Source: Escherichia phage 4MG
Length of the DNA stretch: 64,000 bases
Sequence record: NC_022968.1
Direction: 5' to 3' (one strand)
Part shown: positions 9,865 to 19,208 of the stretch, in pieces
How positions within the stretch are numbered: the stretch's first letter is position 1
Layout: each line of letters begins with the position of its first letter
Translations under genes and position numbers: made by a program
Notes under the pieces: model-generated
What the model saw: the letters and a program-made list of their open reading frames with translations, nothing else
Told to the model about the DNA's origin: nothing
The model's database searches: none

Positions 9865-10290
9865 ATGACTGACGTTATCAATGATGAAGGACAAACATTC
9901 GTCCCAATGCCACAATCAGAGCTTGACACTATTCTGTTTGGTGACCACGAGCAACTGGCCCGTGACTTTGTTGGTCTTGTATTCCCACGACTGATTAATC
10001 AGTTCAGTGAACAGACTCAATACCAGATCGAGGCAATGCGCCAGATGAAGTCTAGTTCAAAAGACCCGGCTTTCGAAAAGGAACTGAATGCCGCTCAGGT
10101 TCGCCTGAAAAAGGCTCTTTCCGAAGAGGTTATGCAAAAAGTTATGGATAAGATGGTCTATCTCCTGAAAGAAGAGCTTGCGCCACATGAGCTGGCCTAT
10201 GCTATCTACCAGGAACGTATTACCATCAAGATCTCTGGGATTGCCGCCCAACTTGAAACGGCTTTTGAAGAGGCGCTAGGAGAGGGTTAA
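9865..10290 (+). CDS. hypothetical protein
   Basis: ORF with RBS-like GAGGTAACCC upstream. Confidence 0.5.
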   Translation: MTDVINDEGQTFVPMPQSELDTILFGDHEQLARDFVGLVFPRLINQFSEQTQYQIEAMRQMKSSSKDPAFEKELNAAQVRLKKALSEEVMQKVMDKMVYLLKEELAPHELAYAIYQERITIKISGIAAQLETAFEEALGEG

Positions 10291-10309
10291 TCCGTAAGGA
10301 GGTCTTCTT

Positions 10310-10864
10310 TTGAAACTAACGCTTGAACAACTCAACAAGATTTTTCCAGTAGGTGCATCCGCTGGGCGTAACGCAAAGTTCATTGATGCACTGAACGACT
10401 TGTTTGAGAAGGGTGGTATTAATACTGTCAACCGTATCGCCGGATTCCTCTCCCAAATTGGTGTGGAGTCTGCCGAGTTCCGTTACGTCAAGGAGCTTGG
10501 GAAGGATTCGTACTTTGATAAGTATGATACTGGCTCTATCGCAAAGCGTCTTGGTAACACCCCAGAGAAGGATGGGGATGGGGCCAAGTACAAGGGGAGA
10601 GGCCTGATTCAGGTAACCGGACTTGCAAACTACAAAGCTTGCGGTAAGGCACTTGGTCTGGACCTCGTTAACCACCCAGAATTGCTTGAACAGCCTAAGT
10701 ATGCAGTTGCCAGCGCTGGTTGGTATTGGAACATGAGAAACATCAACGCCGCTTGCGATGCTGATGATATCGTTAAGATTACCAAGCTGGTAAACGGTGG
10801 TACAAACCACCTGGCCGAGCGCACAGCCTATTACAAAAAGGCAAAATCTGTTCTAACCTCGTAA
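10310..10864 (+). CDS. glycoside hydrolase family 19 lysozyme-like endolysin
   Basis: KYKGRGLIQVTGLANYKACG matches the GH19 catalytic signature (GRGxIQ[LV]T..NY); TTG start after TAAGGAGG. Confidence 0.7.
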   Translation: MKLTLEQLNKIFPVGASAGRNAKFIDALNDLFEKGGINTVNRIAGFLSQIGVESAEFRYVKELGKDSYFDKYDTGSIAKRLGNTPEKDGDGAKYKGRGLIQVTGLANYKACGKALGLDLVNHPELLEQPKYAVASAGWYWNMRNINAACDADDIVKITKLVNGGTNHLAERTAYYKKAKSVLTS

Positions 10865-10875
10865 GGAGAACCAAT

Positions 10876-11676
10876 ATGGGAAGAAGCAAAGAGGCTCGTG
10901 CAACAAAACTGAGCGCCCGTCAACAGCAACGTGCTGAACGTCAGGCCGCTAGTCAGGCAAAGCACCACCCGAAATTCGATGAGGAACGAAAAAGCGCACC
11001 ACCGCTAGTTGCTCTGAATGAAAAGCAGCAGGATTACCTTCACAAGTTGCAGACATGCAACATTATCATCGCGAAGGGGATCTTCGGAACAGGTAAAACC
11101 TACCTTGCATCCGCTCATGCTGCCGACTTGCTGCGTAGAAACGAACTCGACAAGATCATTGTCGCTCGTCCATACGTGCAGACGGGTAAAACCTCCGGCT
11201 TCAAACCGGGTACTTCACTGGAAAAGCTGTTCCCTTACGTCCGAAATATGCTGGATACCATCCGTAAGCGTATGGGTGATGGGGCTTACTACAATGCCCT
11301 GAAGGACGGCTTGAATGGGCGTATCGAAGTTCAGGAACTGGAAAGCATCCGTGGTCGTTCATTCGACGAAAAGAGCTTCCTGCTGATCGACGAAGCGCAG
11401 CAGAGCACCCCGGAAGAAATGCTGAGTATCATCACTCGTATTTCTGATAACTGTACGCTCGTAGTCATGGGTGATGCAAGTCAGAAAGATATTCATGGTC
11501 AGTCAGGCCTTGAATGGTTGATCGAGTTCACTCAGCGTCACAATCTTGCAGGCGTGGGATCTGTTTCCTTTGATGACCCGAATGAGGATATCGTTCGTGG
11601 TGGTATGGTTCGCGACATCGCTCTTGGCCTCATGGCTGACCGCGAAGAGAAGCGCTATACCCCGATGGCTTCTTAA
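10876..11676 (+). CDS. phoH: PhoH-like ATPase
   Basis: Walker A GIFGTGKTYLA, Walker B LLIDEAQ, typical PhoH size. Confidence 0.8.
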   Translation: MGRSKEARATKLSARQQQRAERQAASQAKHHPKFDEERKSAPPLVALNEKQQDYLHKLQTCNIIIAKGIFGTGKTYLASAHAADLLRRNELDKIIVARPYVQTGKTSGFKPGTSLEKLFPYVRNMLDTIRKRMGDGAYYNALKDGLNGRIEVQELESIRGRSFDEKSFLLIDEAQQSTPEEMLSIITRISDNCTLVVMGDASQKDIHGQSGLEWLIEFTQRHNLAGVGSVSFDDPNEDIVRGGMVRDIALGLMADREEKRYTPMAS

Positions 11677-11686
11677 CAGGAGGATT

Positions 11687-12319
11687 ATGGCATATTACAC
11701 TGGGGTAGGATCTCGCGAAACACCCCCAGAGGTTATCAGCGTCATGGAAGACGCTGCTTTCCGATTAGCAAGACTTGGATTCACACTGCGAAGTGGAAAA
11801 GCCGGGGGTGCTGATGAGGCATTTCAGGTAGGAATGCAAAAATATTACGAATCTCTTGACAATGGAAAACAAGAAGAGTATCGTACACGCTTGGCAGAGA
11901 TTTACATACCGTGGGACGGGTTTGCAGCAGATAATGACAAGCTCTGGGATTATTGGGATTATCCTTTGAGTTATGTCGATTACCTAATGCCGGAGCAAAA
12001 AGTGGTCAGGGACTCACTGGTCGAGGAAATTCATCCTAATTTCGAGGCACTTAAGAAGAAGCGTGGTGCTTTTGCACTTCACTCTCGCAACGTGCATCAG
12101 GTTTTGGGTGCAAATATTCTTGAGCCGCGCCCCTCTGCGTTTTGCCTGTACTATGCATCCGAGGATAAGCATGGTAATCCGAAAGGTGGTACGGCTACTG
12201 CGGTAAATCTTGCCAAAAAATATGGCGTGAGAACGCTTAATCTAAACACTCCGGAGCGCTTGGCCTTACTTGAGCAGTTCCTGACCAATCTTGAGAGGAA
12301 AAGAGGTGTCCAGGTTTAG
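11687..12319 (+). CDS. Rossmann-like nucleotide-binding protein (SLOG/DprA-like), function unknown
   Basis: N-terminal YTGVGSRETP ... SGKAGGADEAF pattern; trimmed to ATG after CAGGAGG. Confidence 0.4.
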   Translation: MAYYTGVGSRETPPEVISVMEDAAFRLARLGFTLRSGKAGGADEAFQVGMQKYYESLDNGKQEEYRTRLAEIYIPWDGFAADNDKLWDYWDYPLSYVDYLMPEQKVVRDSLVEEIHPNFEALKKKRGAFALHSRNVHQVLGANILEPRPSAFCLYYASEDKHGNPKGGTATAVNLAKKYGVRTLNLNTPERLALLEQFLTNLERKRGVQV

Positions 12320-12614
12320 AGATAAGCTGAATCAGTCCTATTGTCTCGTGAAATATGACAAAAAGGGCTGGGTTCTGGCTAAAAAGACAGGAAAACGGAT
12401 TTATGTCACTGAAAGTAATGGTGAAATCCGCTATATCTGCACCACAGATGATACTGACCAGTTCAAACATCTTACCGAGTCCTTGGAATATGAGTCAAGG
12501 AAGACCCTTGTAGTGGGTGATGTGGTGAGATTGGACAATTTTGGGCCATATCATGTGGTTGATTCCGGTTACCGTGGGGATGACGGTGAAGTGAAATATC
12601 TGATAGCTCGATAG
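12291..12614 (+). CDS. hypothetical protein
   Basis: ORF. Confidence 0.45.
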   Translation: MRGKEVSRFRDKLNQSYCLVKYDKKGWVLAKKTGKRIYVTESNGEIRYICTTDDTDQFKHLTESLEYESRKTLVVGDVVRLDNFGPYHVVDSGYRGDDGEVKYLIAR

Positions 12615-12621
12615 GAGGAGT

Positions 12622-13104
12622 ATGACAGTTAGTATTCATGGGGTTATCTCCCATCGAAAACTGATGGAGTTGAAGAATTGTGGGGTTGTTTCTCCGGGGC
12701 TGTTTGATGCTGAAGCGGAAAGCCTCTTCAATTTTTATCGTAAGGTTGTGGCTCAGTCTCTGTATGAGATGAACGATGGGTTCTTTACCCGAATGATTTA
12801 TAACACTGCCGCAGCAGAACGCGATGCACGGTGGATGTTCCCGGATCGTCGTGATTTGCTGAATCACCTGATCTACCTGGATGGTAAATCCAAGTATGTG
12901 ACTGTCGAAAAGGAAGAACTTGACAAGTTCACAATGCTGCACACCGCAGCCGTAGCCTCTGAAAGGGCGAGAAAAGTTCTCGTGACATTCAAGTACAGCG
13001 ACCAGGTACTTGTCGATGACGAAACAGGGTATTACATCGACTGGCTGATGAAGAATGCATACATTCTGAAAGGCTATATTGCAAACGCTCGTGAGGAGGA
13101 TTAA
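12622..13104 (+). CDS. hypothetical protein
   Basis: ORF after TAGGAGGAGT. Confidence 0.5.
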   Translation: MTVSIHGVISHRKLMELKNCGVVSPGLFDAEAESLFNFYRKVVAQSLYEMNDGFFTRMIYNTAAAERDARWMFPDRRDLLNHLIYLDGKSKYVTVEKEELDKFTMLHTAAVASERARKVLVTFKYSDQVLVDDETGYYIDWLMKNAYILKGYIANAREED

Positions 13105-13105
13105 T

Positions 13106-14029
13106 ATGGAACAGAACAAGAACTTTTTCGGAATGCCGGGATTCAGTGGCAACGTGTACAGCTACCCTGTCCACTCTCACGATCATGTTATCTACATTGA
13201 TGACCTGTCATGGTTAGAAGATCATCAGGACCGCTTGCAGGTAATTCGCCAGGCATCTCCTGATGATACCATTCGTGTGGTAATTAACAGTCCTGGTGGG
13301 GTTGTTTCTATCGCAATGGCTTATGTAAGTGCTATTCGTGAAAGCCAGGCGTCGATTGTTACCCACGCAGAAGGTAACGTGTGTTCTGCTGGTACTGTTC
13401 TGTGGCTTGCCTGTAAGGATCGCACGGTCTCTCCCCTGACTATGTTCATGTTCCACAACTACCAGGGCGGTACGTATGGTGACGGTGCAAACATGTACAG
13501 CCAGATTGCCTTTGAAAAGCACTACTTTGATCGCCTGATGGATACCTTCTACACCGGGGTTCTGACAGAGACTGAAATTGCTACGATCAAAGGTGGTGGT
13601 CAGGTGTGGATGGATGAAGTTGAGATCCTGAAGCGCACCCCAGCGGTTCTGCTCGATGAACGAAACATTAAGCGTATGCAAGAGGGGCAGCGTCCGATCA
13701 TCTCCGGTGAGAAGCCGAAAGAAAAGACCGTGGTCGAGAATGTTGATCTGAATAACCTCCCTGAAGACGGCGTGCCAGAAAGCATTTTCCTGAGAATTGA
13801 AGTTGAGGGTGAGACCTTTAAGTTCGACGTATCGACTCTCCAGGCAAAAGACTTTGATCCTTTCAACGTTGCTGAACTGCAAACCATCTACTCTCAGATT
13901 GGTGCAATCGCCTCAGGGTCAGAGGAAGCCTTGATTGTGAATACTCGAAACCGTCAGGACCTGATCGATGCGATTCTCGCCGCTTCTGAAGAGATTATGG
14001 CTGATGTGCTGGAGAAAATGGGGAAATAA
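13106..14029 (+). CDS. ClpP-like serine protease
   Basis: VINSPGG and GNVCSAGT motifs resemble the ClpP fold; trimmed to ATG after GTGAGGAGG. Confidence 0.55.
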   Translation: MEQNKNFFGMPGFSGNVYSYPVHSHDHVIYIDDLSWLEDHQDRLQVIRQASPDDTIRVVINSPGGVVSIAMAYVSAIRESQASIVTHAEGNVCSAGTVLWLACKDRTVSPLTMFMFHNYQGGTYGDGANMYSQIAFEKHYFDRLMDTFYTGVLTETEIATIKGGGQVWMDEVEILKRTPAVLLDERNIKRMQEGQRPIISGEKPKEKTVVENVDLNNLPEDGVPESIFLRIEVEGETFKFDVSTLQAKDFDPFNVAELQTIYSQIGAIASGSEEALIVNTRNRQDLIDAILAASEEIMADVLEKMGK

Positions 14030-14709
14030 TGTCTGCGCCTTTGAAGAAGAAGGGGGAACGTAGGGATTATGACGTGTATGAGACACCAGAATGGGCTGTC
14101 ACGGCCCTTTTGGATGTTATCCCTATCAACCCACACTGGAAATATTTAGAGCCGTGTAGAGCGTCTGGGAGATTCTACAACCACATGCCAATAGGTTCAG
14201 CCTGGGGTGAAATCCGTCATGGTGTGGATTATCTCAACACAGAGTACAAGCATGTGGATTGTATCATCACAAACCCGCCTTATTCTTTGGCTCAGGAGTT
14301 CGTTACAAAGGCCCTTGAAGATGCGGATGTGGTAATTATGCTCCTCAGGTTAGGATTCCTTGAAAGCCAGATCCGGAACAAGTGGTGGCAGGACAATAAA
14401 CCGTCCAGCCTGATGGTCTTATCACAAAGGCCTTCATTCACCGAAGACGGTAAGACTGATGGTTCTGGGTACGCTTACTTTGTGTGGGATAAGAAGAACC
14501 GCCTTAACCTTGAACCATTCTATTTCTTGGAGGGTCAAAGCGATGAGTGTCGCAAACAAGATGCGAGAGATCGCAAACAACGCAGAAAAGCAAACGCCAG
14601 CAGAAATGAAGGACATCTTCGAACAGATAGTGAGCGGGATAGCTCAGTGTGCGAGGAAGGGGATGTACGGGATGGGACTCTCAATGGACTTCCCGGTGGA
14701 GATGAGTGA
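14029..14709 (+). CDS. N6-adenine DNA methyltransferase (NPPY class)
   Basis: CIITNPPYSL catalytic motif; C-terminal ~55 codons are low-complexity and overlap the next ORF. Confidence 0.55.
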   Translation: MSAPLKKKGERRDYDVYETPEWAVTALLDVIPINPHWKYLEPCRASGRFYNHMPIGSAWGEIRHGVDYLNTEYKHVDCIITNPPYSLAQEFVTKALEDADVVIMLLRLGFLESQIRNKWWQDNKPSSLMVLSQRPSFTEDGKTDGSGYAYFVWDKKNRLNLEPFYFLEGQSDECRKQDARDRKQRRKANASRNEGHLRTDSERDSSVCEEGDVRDGTLNGLPGGDE

Positions 14710-14821
14710 TTACCTGCCTCATATTGTTGGGGATCTTCGTAATGGAGGTTTCACAGTTGACATCATCGGATACCAGCCGACAATGCAAGGCACTTCGATA
14801 AACTTCTTTGTTACCTGGTAA
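14543..14821 (+). CDS. hypothetical protein (overlaps methyltransferase 3' end; boundaries uncertain)
   Basis: Alternative-frame ORF with internal ATG; ends just before a terminator. Confidence 0.3.
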   Translation: MSVANKMREIANNAEKQTPAEMKDIFEQIVSGIAQCARKGMYGMGLSMDFPVEMSDYLPHIVGDLRNGGFTVDIIGYQPTMQGTSINFFVTW

Positions 14822-14826
14822 ATTAA

Positions 14827-14854
14827 CCCGCTTCGGCGGGTTTTTTCGTTTTTG
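14827..14854 (+). terminator. rho-independent terminator
   Basis: CCCGCTTCGGCGGG hairpin followed by TTTTTTCGTTTTTG. Confidence 0.8.
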
Positions 14855-14857
14855 TGC

Positions 14858-14886
14858 TTGACATCAATTTTACCGAGGATTATTAT
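14858..14886 (+). promoter_or_regulatory. sigma70-type promoter
   Basis: TTGACA - 17 nt - TATTAT, about 20 nt upstream of the AAGGAG/ATG of the next gene. Confidence 0.7.
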
Positions 14887-14907
14887 CTACCCAACAAAGG
14901 AGAACAC

Positions 14908-15180
14908 ATGAAATTTTTCATCTATTACCGACCACTGGAAACGATTCGATTCAAAGAGTACATGGGTGACTTGATCCATCTCTCCACTGAAGAGAAAGAA
15001 TATTCCCCGGATGGGAAAGTTTGGAAAATTAGACGTTGCAATCGTCCACAGAGTGTGTATACTCGTTTAGTAAAGATGCTGGCACATGGTGGGATGGAGA
15101 GTGACATGGTTTACCCTCTTGACGGCAAACGGTCAGTAAGAGATCTTGTTAACTACATGAATAAATGGGAGAACAAATAA
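14908..15180 (+). CDS. hypothetical protein
   Basis: Trimmed ORF; AAAGGAGAACAC then ATG. Confidence 0.55.
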   Translation: MKFFIYYRPLETIRFKEYMGDLIHLSTEEKEYSPDGKVWKIRRCNRPQSVYTRLVKMLAHGGMESDMVYPLDGKRSVRDLVNYMNKWENK

Positions 15181-15398
15181 TGTCAAAACGCCTTACGAAA
15201 GAGCAAGCGATTATCATCACCGGGTTTACAGGGCGCACAGCTTGTGGTTTTAGCCTTTTTCACGAGGATGTTGAAAAGCGTCTTGGGCGTCCTGTTTGGA
15301 CGCATGAGTTTGCCAACAAACAATTCTCTGAAGAGCTTCGCGATCTCTATCGTGAAGATTACCTGGCGATCTGTTACAGTGAGGAGGAAGCAGAATGA
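15180..15398 (+). CDS. hypothetical protein
   Basis: TAATG overlap with upstream gene. Confidence 0.5.
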   Translation: MSKRLTKEQAIIITGFTGRTACGFSLFHEDVEKRLGRPVWTHEFANKQFSEELRDLYREDYLAICYSEEEAE

Positions 15399-15784
15399 GC
15401 GAACTGAATGCTCGTGAAAAGCTGTTAGCCATTGCTGACTGGTTGGGTTGGCAGAATGAAGATCTATCTTTCGGCCTGAAGTCTCCTGAAGATGCAGTCA
15501 AGCTGTACAACTACTGGCAGGAACGTGCCGACACCCTACCTGAAATGGCAGACGAGGTAGAGGACGACGAAGGTCGTTATGTGTTCATGTTCCGTAAACA
15601 TGCCTTGGGCTATGACCCGCTTGGACAGGATGTTGAGATCCTTGCAAGCCTTGCACGGGACAAGTATGAAGAGAACAACGAAACACCGTGCTGTGATTTC
15701 AATGGACTCCGTAAACACGTTCGTACAATGTACATGAACGATGCCGAGTGGAAACTGCAAAAGGAGTATGGCCTTGTTCGATGA
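15395..15784 (+). CDS. hypothetical protein
   Basis: ATGA overlap; RBS GAGGAGG. Confidence 0.5.
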   Translation: MSELNAREKLLAIADWLGWQNEDLSFGLKSPEDAVKLYNYWQERADTLPEMADEVEDDEGRYVFMFRKHALGYDPLGQDVEILASLARDKYEENNETPCCDFNGLRKHVRTMYMNDAEWKLQKEYGLVR

Positions 15785-15926
15785 AAAATTTGAAGCGTGG
15801 TTCAATGAGAACTACCCTCATGTGACCGATCCAATCACTCGTGCCATTGCTCACTGTGCGTGGGATGCCCGGTGGGAGCTTCTGGTTGAAGAATTCCGTG
15901 AAGTTCACGGGGAGAAACAAAAATGA
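15768..15926 (+). CDS. hypothetical small protein
   Basis: Trimmed ORF with AAAAGGAG upstream. Confidence 0.4.
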   Translation: MALFDEKFEAWFNENYPHVTDPITRAIAHCAWDARWELLVEEFREVHGEKQK

Positions 15927-16174
15927 ACGGGGTCTCCATCAAGTATCGAGCATACTGGGGTGGGACTCGAAAACAACCGCTCGCAGGGTTCTCTGTAGGC
16001 AACAAACCCTGGGTGACTGTTCGCGAGAACTACGAAAAGCCTCTGCTTGTTCTCTGCACATGTGGGGCAAACGACTGGACCGATAACGGTCGCACAATGA
16101 ATGAATACGAATGTGGCTGTTGTGGCGAATTCGTACTAACAGAACCTAAACAGGAGAAACACAATGACCAATAA
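15923..16174 (+). CDS. Cys-rich small protein, possible zinc ribbon
   Basis: CTCG ... CGCCG cysteine pairs. Confidence 0.45.
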   Translation: MNGVSIKYRAYWGGTRKQPLAGFSVGNKPWVTVRENYEKPLLVLCTCGANDWTDNGRTMNEYECGCCGEFVLTEPKQEKHNDQ

Positions 16175-16475
16175 AACGTACACCGTTGTAAAAGACCAGT
16201 GCCATGAAAACATGGGTACTCCGTCTACCGTGGGTCAGTCAGTGACCACAATTGTGGCAGTTCCTTCTGGAACACAGATCGTGATAGTAGACCAAAACGG
16301 AGCCAAAGGCTTTTCACGGGTTCGTCGTGATGTTTATCTTACTCTTGGCGGTACATCACGAATTGCAGACAGATTCGGAAATGTTTCAGATTGTACATTC
16401 TCTGTGTACATTGGTGGGGTCGCCTATAATGGTAACGATGTGTACACCGCAGAGGAACTGGGGATCACCGAATGA
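16164..16475 (+). CDS. hypothetical protein
   Basis: ORF with AACAGGAGAAACAC RBS. Confidence 0.5.
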   Translation: MTNKTYTVVKDQCHENMGTPSTVGQSVTTIVAVPSGTQIVIVDQNGAKGFSRVRRDVYLTLGGTSRIADRFGNVSDCTFSVYIGGVAYNGNDVYTAEELGITE

Positions 16476-16738
16476 AAGTAACCGCGTTTTTAAAGTACGA
16501 TTTATACCCGTACTACATTGTTCTTGAAGGGGAACTCCAAGAGAACTTTGATGTGAAAACCAGTTGTGGAACCTATTCCCACACAAAAGTTCTGCGTGTT
16601 AAGCCTTTCTCTGAGTACGATTTACACTCTAAAATACACAGAGATATCAAACAACAGCATGATCGTTGTCTTCGTAAATTAAAAGTTGACTTGTTGAAGC
16701 AAAATGGTATAGACTTCATCAACACAGAAAATTTCTAA
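16472..16738 (+). CDS. hypothetical protein
   Basis: ATGA overlap. Confidence 0.45.
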   Translation: MKVTAFLKYDLYPYYIVLEGELQENFDVKTSCGTYSHTKVLRVKPFSEYDLHSKIHRDIKQQHDRCLRKLKVDLLKQNGIDFINTENF

Positions 16739-16747
16739 GGAGAAAAG

Positions 16748-18001
16748 ATGAAAGTATATCTGGTAGGTGGCGCAGTACGTGACGGTTTGCTTGGTCGTGA
16801 AGTTCATGACCGTGACTACGTGGTTGTGGGTGCAACGCACGAAGAAATGATCAATAAAGGTTTCACCCAGGTTGGCGCTGCTTTTCCAGTATACCTGCAT
16901 CCTGAAACCAACGAAGAGTATGCTTTGGCCCGTACCGAGCGCAAGACGGGCAACGGTCATACAGACTTCGAAACATTCTTCAGCCCGGACGTGACTTTGG
17001 TTGAGGATTTGTCTCGTAGAGACCTGACGATCAACGCTATGGCTAAAGATTTGGAAACAGGAGAGATCATCGACCCGTTTGGTGGTCAGTATGATATCGA
17101 AAAGAAAATTCTGCGTCATACAACGCTGGCATTCCTTGACGATCCTCTCCGCATCCTGCGTGTGTACCGATTCAAAGCACAACTGGGCAAAGACTGGGAA
17201 ATCCATGCCGACACTAAAGCTCTGTGCTTTAATAACCGTTATGGGCTGTCCCACATCAGCGGTGAGCGTAAGTGGAAAGAGATGGAGAAAGCCCTTGGTT
17301 CTGACAACTTCCGGGCATATGCTGAAGCAATGGCAGAGCTTGGTGAGTTGCCAGAACTGGATGCCCTGCGTGGAGTAGCACAACCACCAGAACACCACCC
17401 GGAAGGTGATGCTTTCGTTCATACACTGCTGTGTTTGGATGTGGCTGACCTTTACGAGGCTAACCCGTATACCAAATTTGCAGTGCTGTGCCATGACTTC
17501 GGTAAGGCGATCACTTTCCGTAAATACGGCAATCTGATCGGGCATGAAGAGGCAGGTCTGGAACCAGTACGTACATTGTGTGAGCGTATCCGTGTGCCTA
17601 ACGACTTCCGTGATGTTGCACTGTACGTAACAGAGCACCACACCCGTGTTCACTGTATCGCCCCTCGTGGCGGCAATAAGGGTGCAAAGCCACGGTCACT
17701 GATGAAACTGTTTGAGGCAGCAGGTAATGTGGCGAGCGCCAAAACAGCGATGAAGGTTGGTTCTTTGGCAGATGCGTGTTTCTGCGATGCAAAAGGTCGT
17801 GGTCCAACAAAAATTGCAGAGCCGTATCCGCAGGGTTATGTTCTGATGGATGCTTTCCGTTGCATGAAGGCTGTTGACACTAAGGTGATCTCTGCTGAGT
17901 GCCTTGCAAAAGGTAAGAGCGGTATCGAGATTGGTGAAGCTATTCGTGTTGCACGTATTGATGCTATCCGTAGCATCACCCAGCGTGAAATTAAGTGGTA
18001 G
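16748..18001 (+). CDS. cca: CCA-adding tRNA nucleotidyltransferase with HD domain
   Basis: MKVYLVGGAVRDGLLGREVHDRDYVVVG ... RRDLTINAMA ... HD-domain residues; close resemblance to E. coli Cca recalled from memory. Confidence 0.85.
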   Translation: MKVYLVGGAVRDGLLGREVHDRDYVVVGATHEEMINKGFTQVGAAFPVYLHPETNEEYALARTERKTGNGHTDFETFFSPDVTLVEDLSRRDLTINAMAKDLETGEIIDPFGGQYDIEKKILRHTTLAFLDDPLRILRVYRFKAQLGKDWEIHADTKALCFNNRYGLSHISGERKWKEMEKALGSDNFRAYAEAMAELGELPELDALRGVAQPPEHHPEGDAFVHTLLCLDVADLYEANPYTKFAVLCHDFGKAITFRKYGNLIGHEEAGLEPVRTLCERIRVPNDFRDVALYVTEHHTRVHCIAPRGGNKGAKPRSLMKLFEAAGNVASAKTAMKVGSLADACFCDAKGRGPTKIAEPYPQGYVLMDAFRCMKAVDTKVISAECLAKGKSGIEIGEAIRVARIDAIRSITQREIKW

Positions 18002-18009
18002 GAGAGACT

Positions 18010-18471
18010 ATGACCCTATTTGATTTTCCAAAACCGAATGGCAAGACGGTGCAGGAGAAGTACGAATATGCCAAGTTCCTAGTGTTGTGCAAGGAGCCTA
18101 CACTGGAACTTCTGCGATTCCTTGAAAGGGAGAAAGATAATTTTACGTACCGTCATCTTATGGTTGGTGGTTACACGTTTAGCTATGACCTTGTGTGGAG
18201 CAAAGGACTGCTCTTTGATAATCTTTCCCGGCAGGATACTACCTATCCACACTACGGTGTGGGCGGGTATGTAAGCAATGTCACCAGCAGGTACTATGGT
18301 TTTTCGTGGGCGAACCCTTATGAGGCATCTTTGTTGGAAAAGGCTGTTGACAACCTTATATTGTGGTCGGAAGAGCGTACAAGACTGGCAGAGATCCAGA
18401 GGGAAAAGGATATTCAAAATGCTCACCGAACTCGTGTCAAAGAATGGTTGAATACCCATGAAGAAAGCTGA
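18010..18471 (+). CDS. hypothetical protein
   Basis: Trimmed ORF after TAGGAGAG. Confidence 0.5.
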   Translation: MTLFDFPKPNGKTVQEKYEYAKFLVLCKEPTLELLRFLEREKDNFTYRHLMVGGYTFSYDLVWSKGLLFDNLSRQDTTYPHYGVGGYVSNVTSRYYGFSWANPYEASLLEKAVDNLILWSEERTRLAEIQREKDIQNAHRTRVKEWLNTHEES

Positions 18472-18664
18472 CAAGGAAGAGTACACATACGAGAAACACC
18501 ATTTCTACGCAGACAAACATGCAGGGAAGCAGGTCTGCGCCTGGTGCGGCCTTGTAGCCTTGAGAAACAAGGCAAGTGACTGGTGCGTTGACAAGGGGTG
18601 CAACTACAAACTGCACCCGTCTTATCGCAGCGCCATGTACAAATTTACGCAATTCTTCAAATAG
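18458..18664 (+). CDS. Cys-rich small protein
   Basis: CAWCG ... CNYK cysteine pairs. Confidence 0.45.
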   Translation: MKKADKEEYTYEKHHFYADKHAGKQVCAWCGLVALRNKASDWCVDKGCNYKLHPSYRSAMYKFTQFFK

Positions 18665-18672
18665 GAGAGCAT

Positions 18673-18993
18673 ATGTTCTGGTGGATTGATAATGTTGTAG
18701 GGCCATATATGTTCTTCGTGAACGAGTGGTTTGAGTGGCTGACGCTTGGTGTACTGATCGTGTCTTCTGCATTGATAGGTAAATTCTTCCATCCAAGAAG
18801 TTTTGATAGCTGGGAGGACTATTTCTGGCCCGTGTTGTTTATCACGGTGGCGACAGTGCTTATTCCAACTGCATCGGTACTGATAATGTTTATACTTCCG
18901 ATAATCGCCGTTGTCCTCTTGATCGCAGCGGTAGGTGGTGGAATATTCTGGGCTGTGCAGAATAACTTCTGGATAAAAAGGGGAAAACAATGA
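18673..18993 (+). CDS. small membrane protein
   Basis: Hydrophobic segments; RBS AGGAGAG. Confidence 0.5.
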   Translation: MFWWIDNVVGPYMFFVNEWFEWLTLGVLIVSSALIGKFFHPRSFDSWEDYFWPVLFITVATVLIPTASVLIMFILPIIAVVLLIAAVGGGIFWAVQNNFWIKRGKQ

Positions 18994-19208
18994 CTATTGA
19001 ACTTGTAATTTACCTGTGCATCGGTATACTGTGCATGGTCGCTGTAATAGCTGCTGATTGGTTCTTGGCAGATAGATTATCTGGACAAGGAATTGGTATT
19101 GGGCTGCTGGCTGTTGTGTTCTGGCCTTTATTTGGGATTTGCCTTATTGGTGGCCTGATAGCTGCCCTGTTTGAAGAAGATTTTGTAATCGCAAGGAGAA
19201 AGAGATGA
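18990..19208 (+). CDS. small membrane protein
   Basis: Two hydrophobic segments; ATGA overlap. Confidence 0.5.
   Translation: MTIELVIYLCIGILCMVAVIAADWFLADRLSGQGIGIGLLAVVFWPLFGICLIGGLIAALFEEDFVIARRKR

Noticed and set aside
16679-17653. 324 aa minus-strand ORF
   Set aside because: Lies entirely antisense to the well-supported CCA enzyme gene; low-complexity, Cys/His-rich translation and no RBS. Treated as a spurious antisense ORF.
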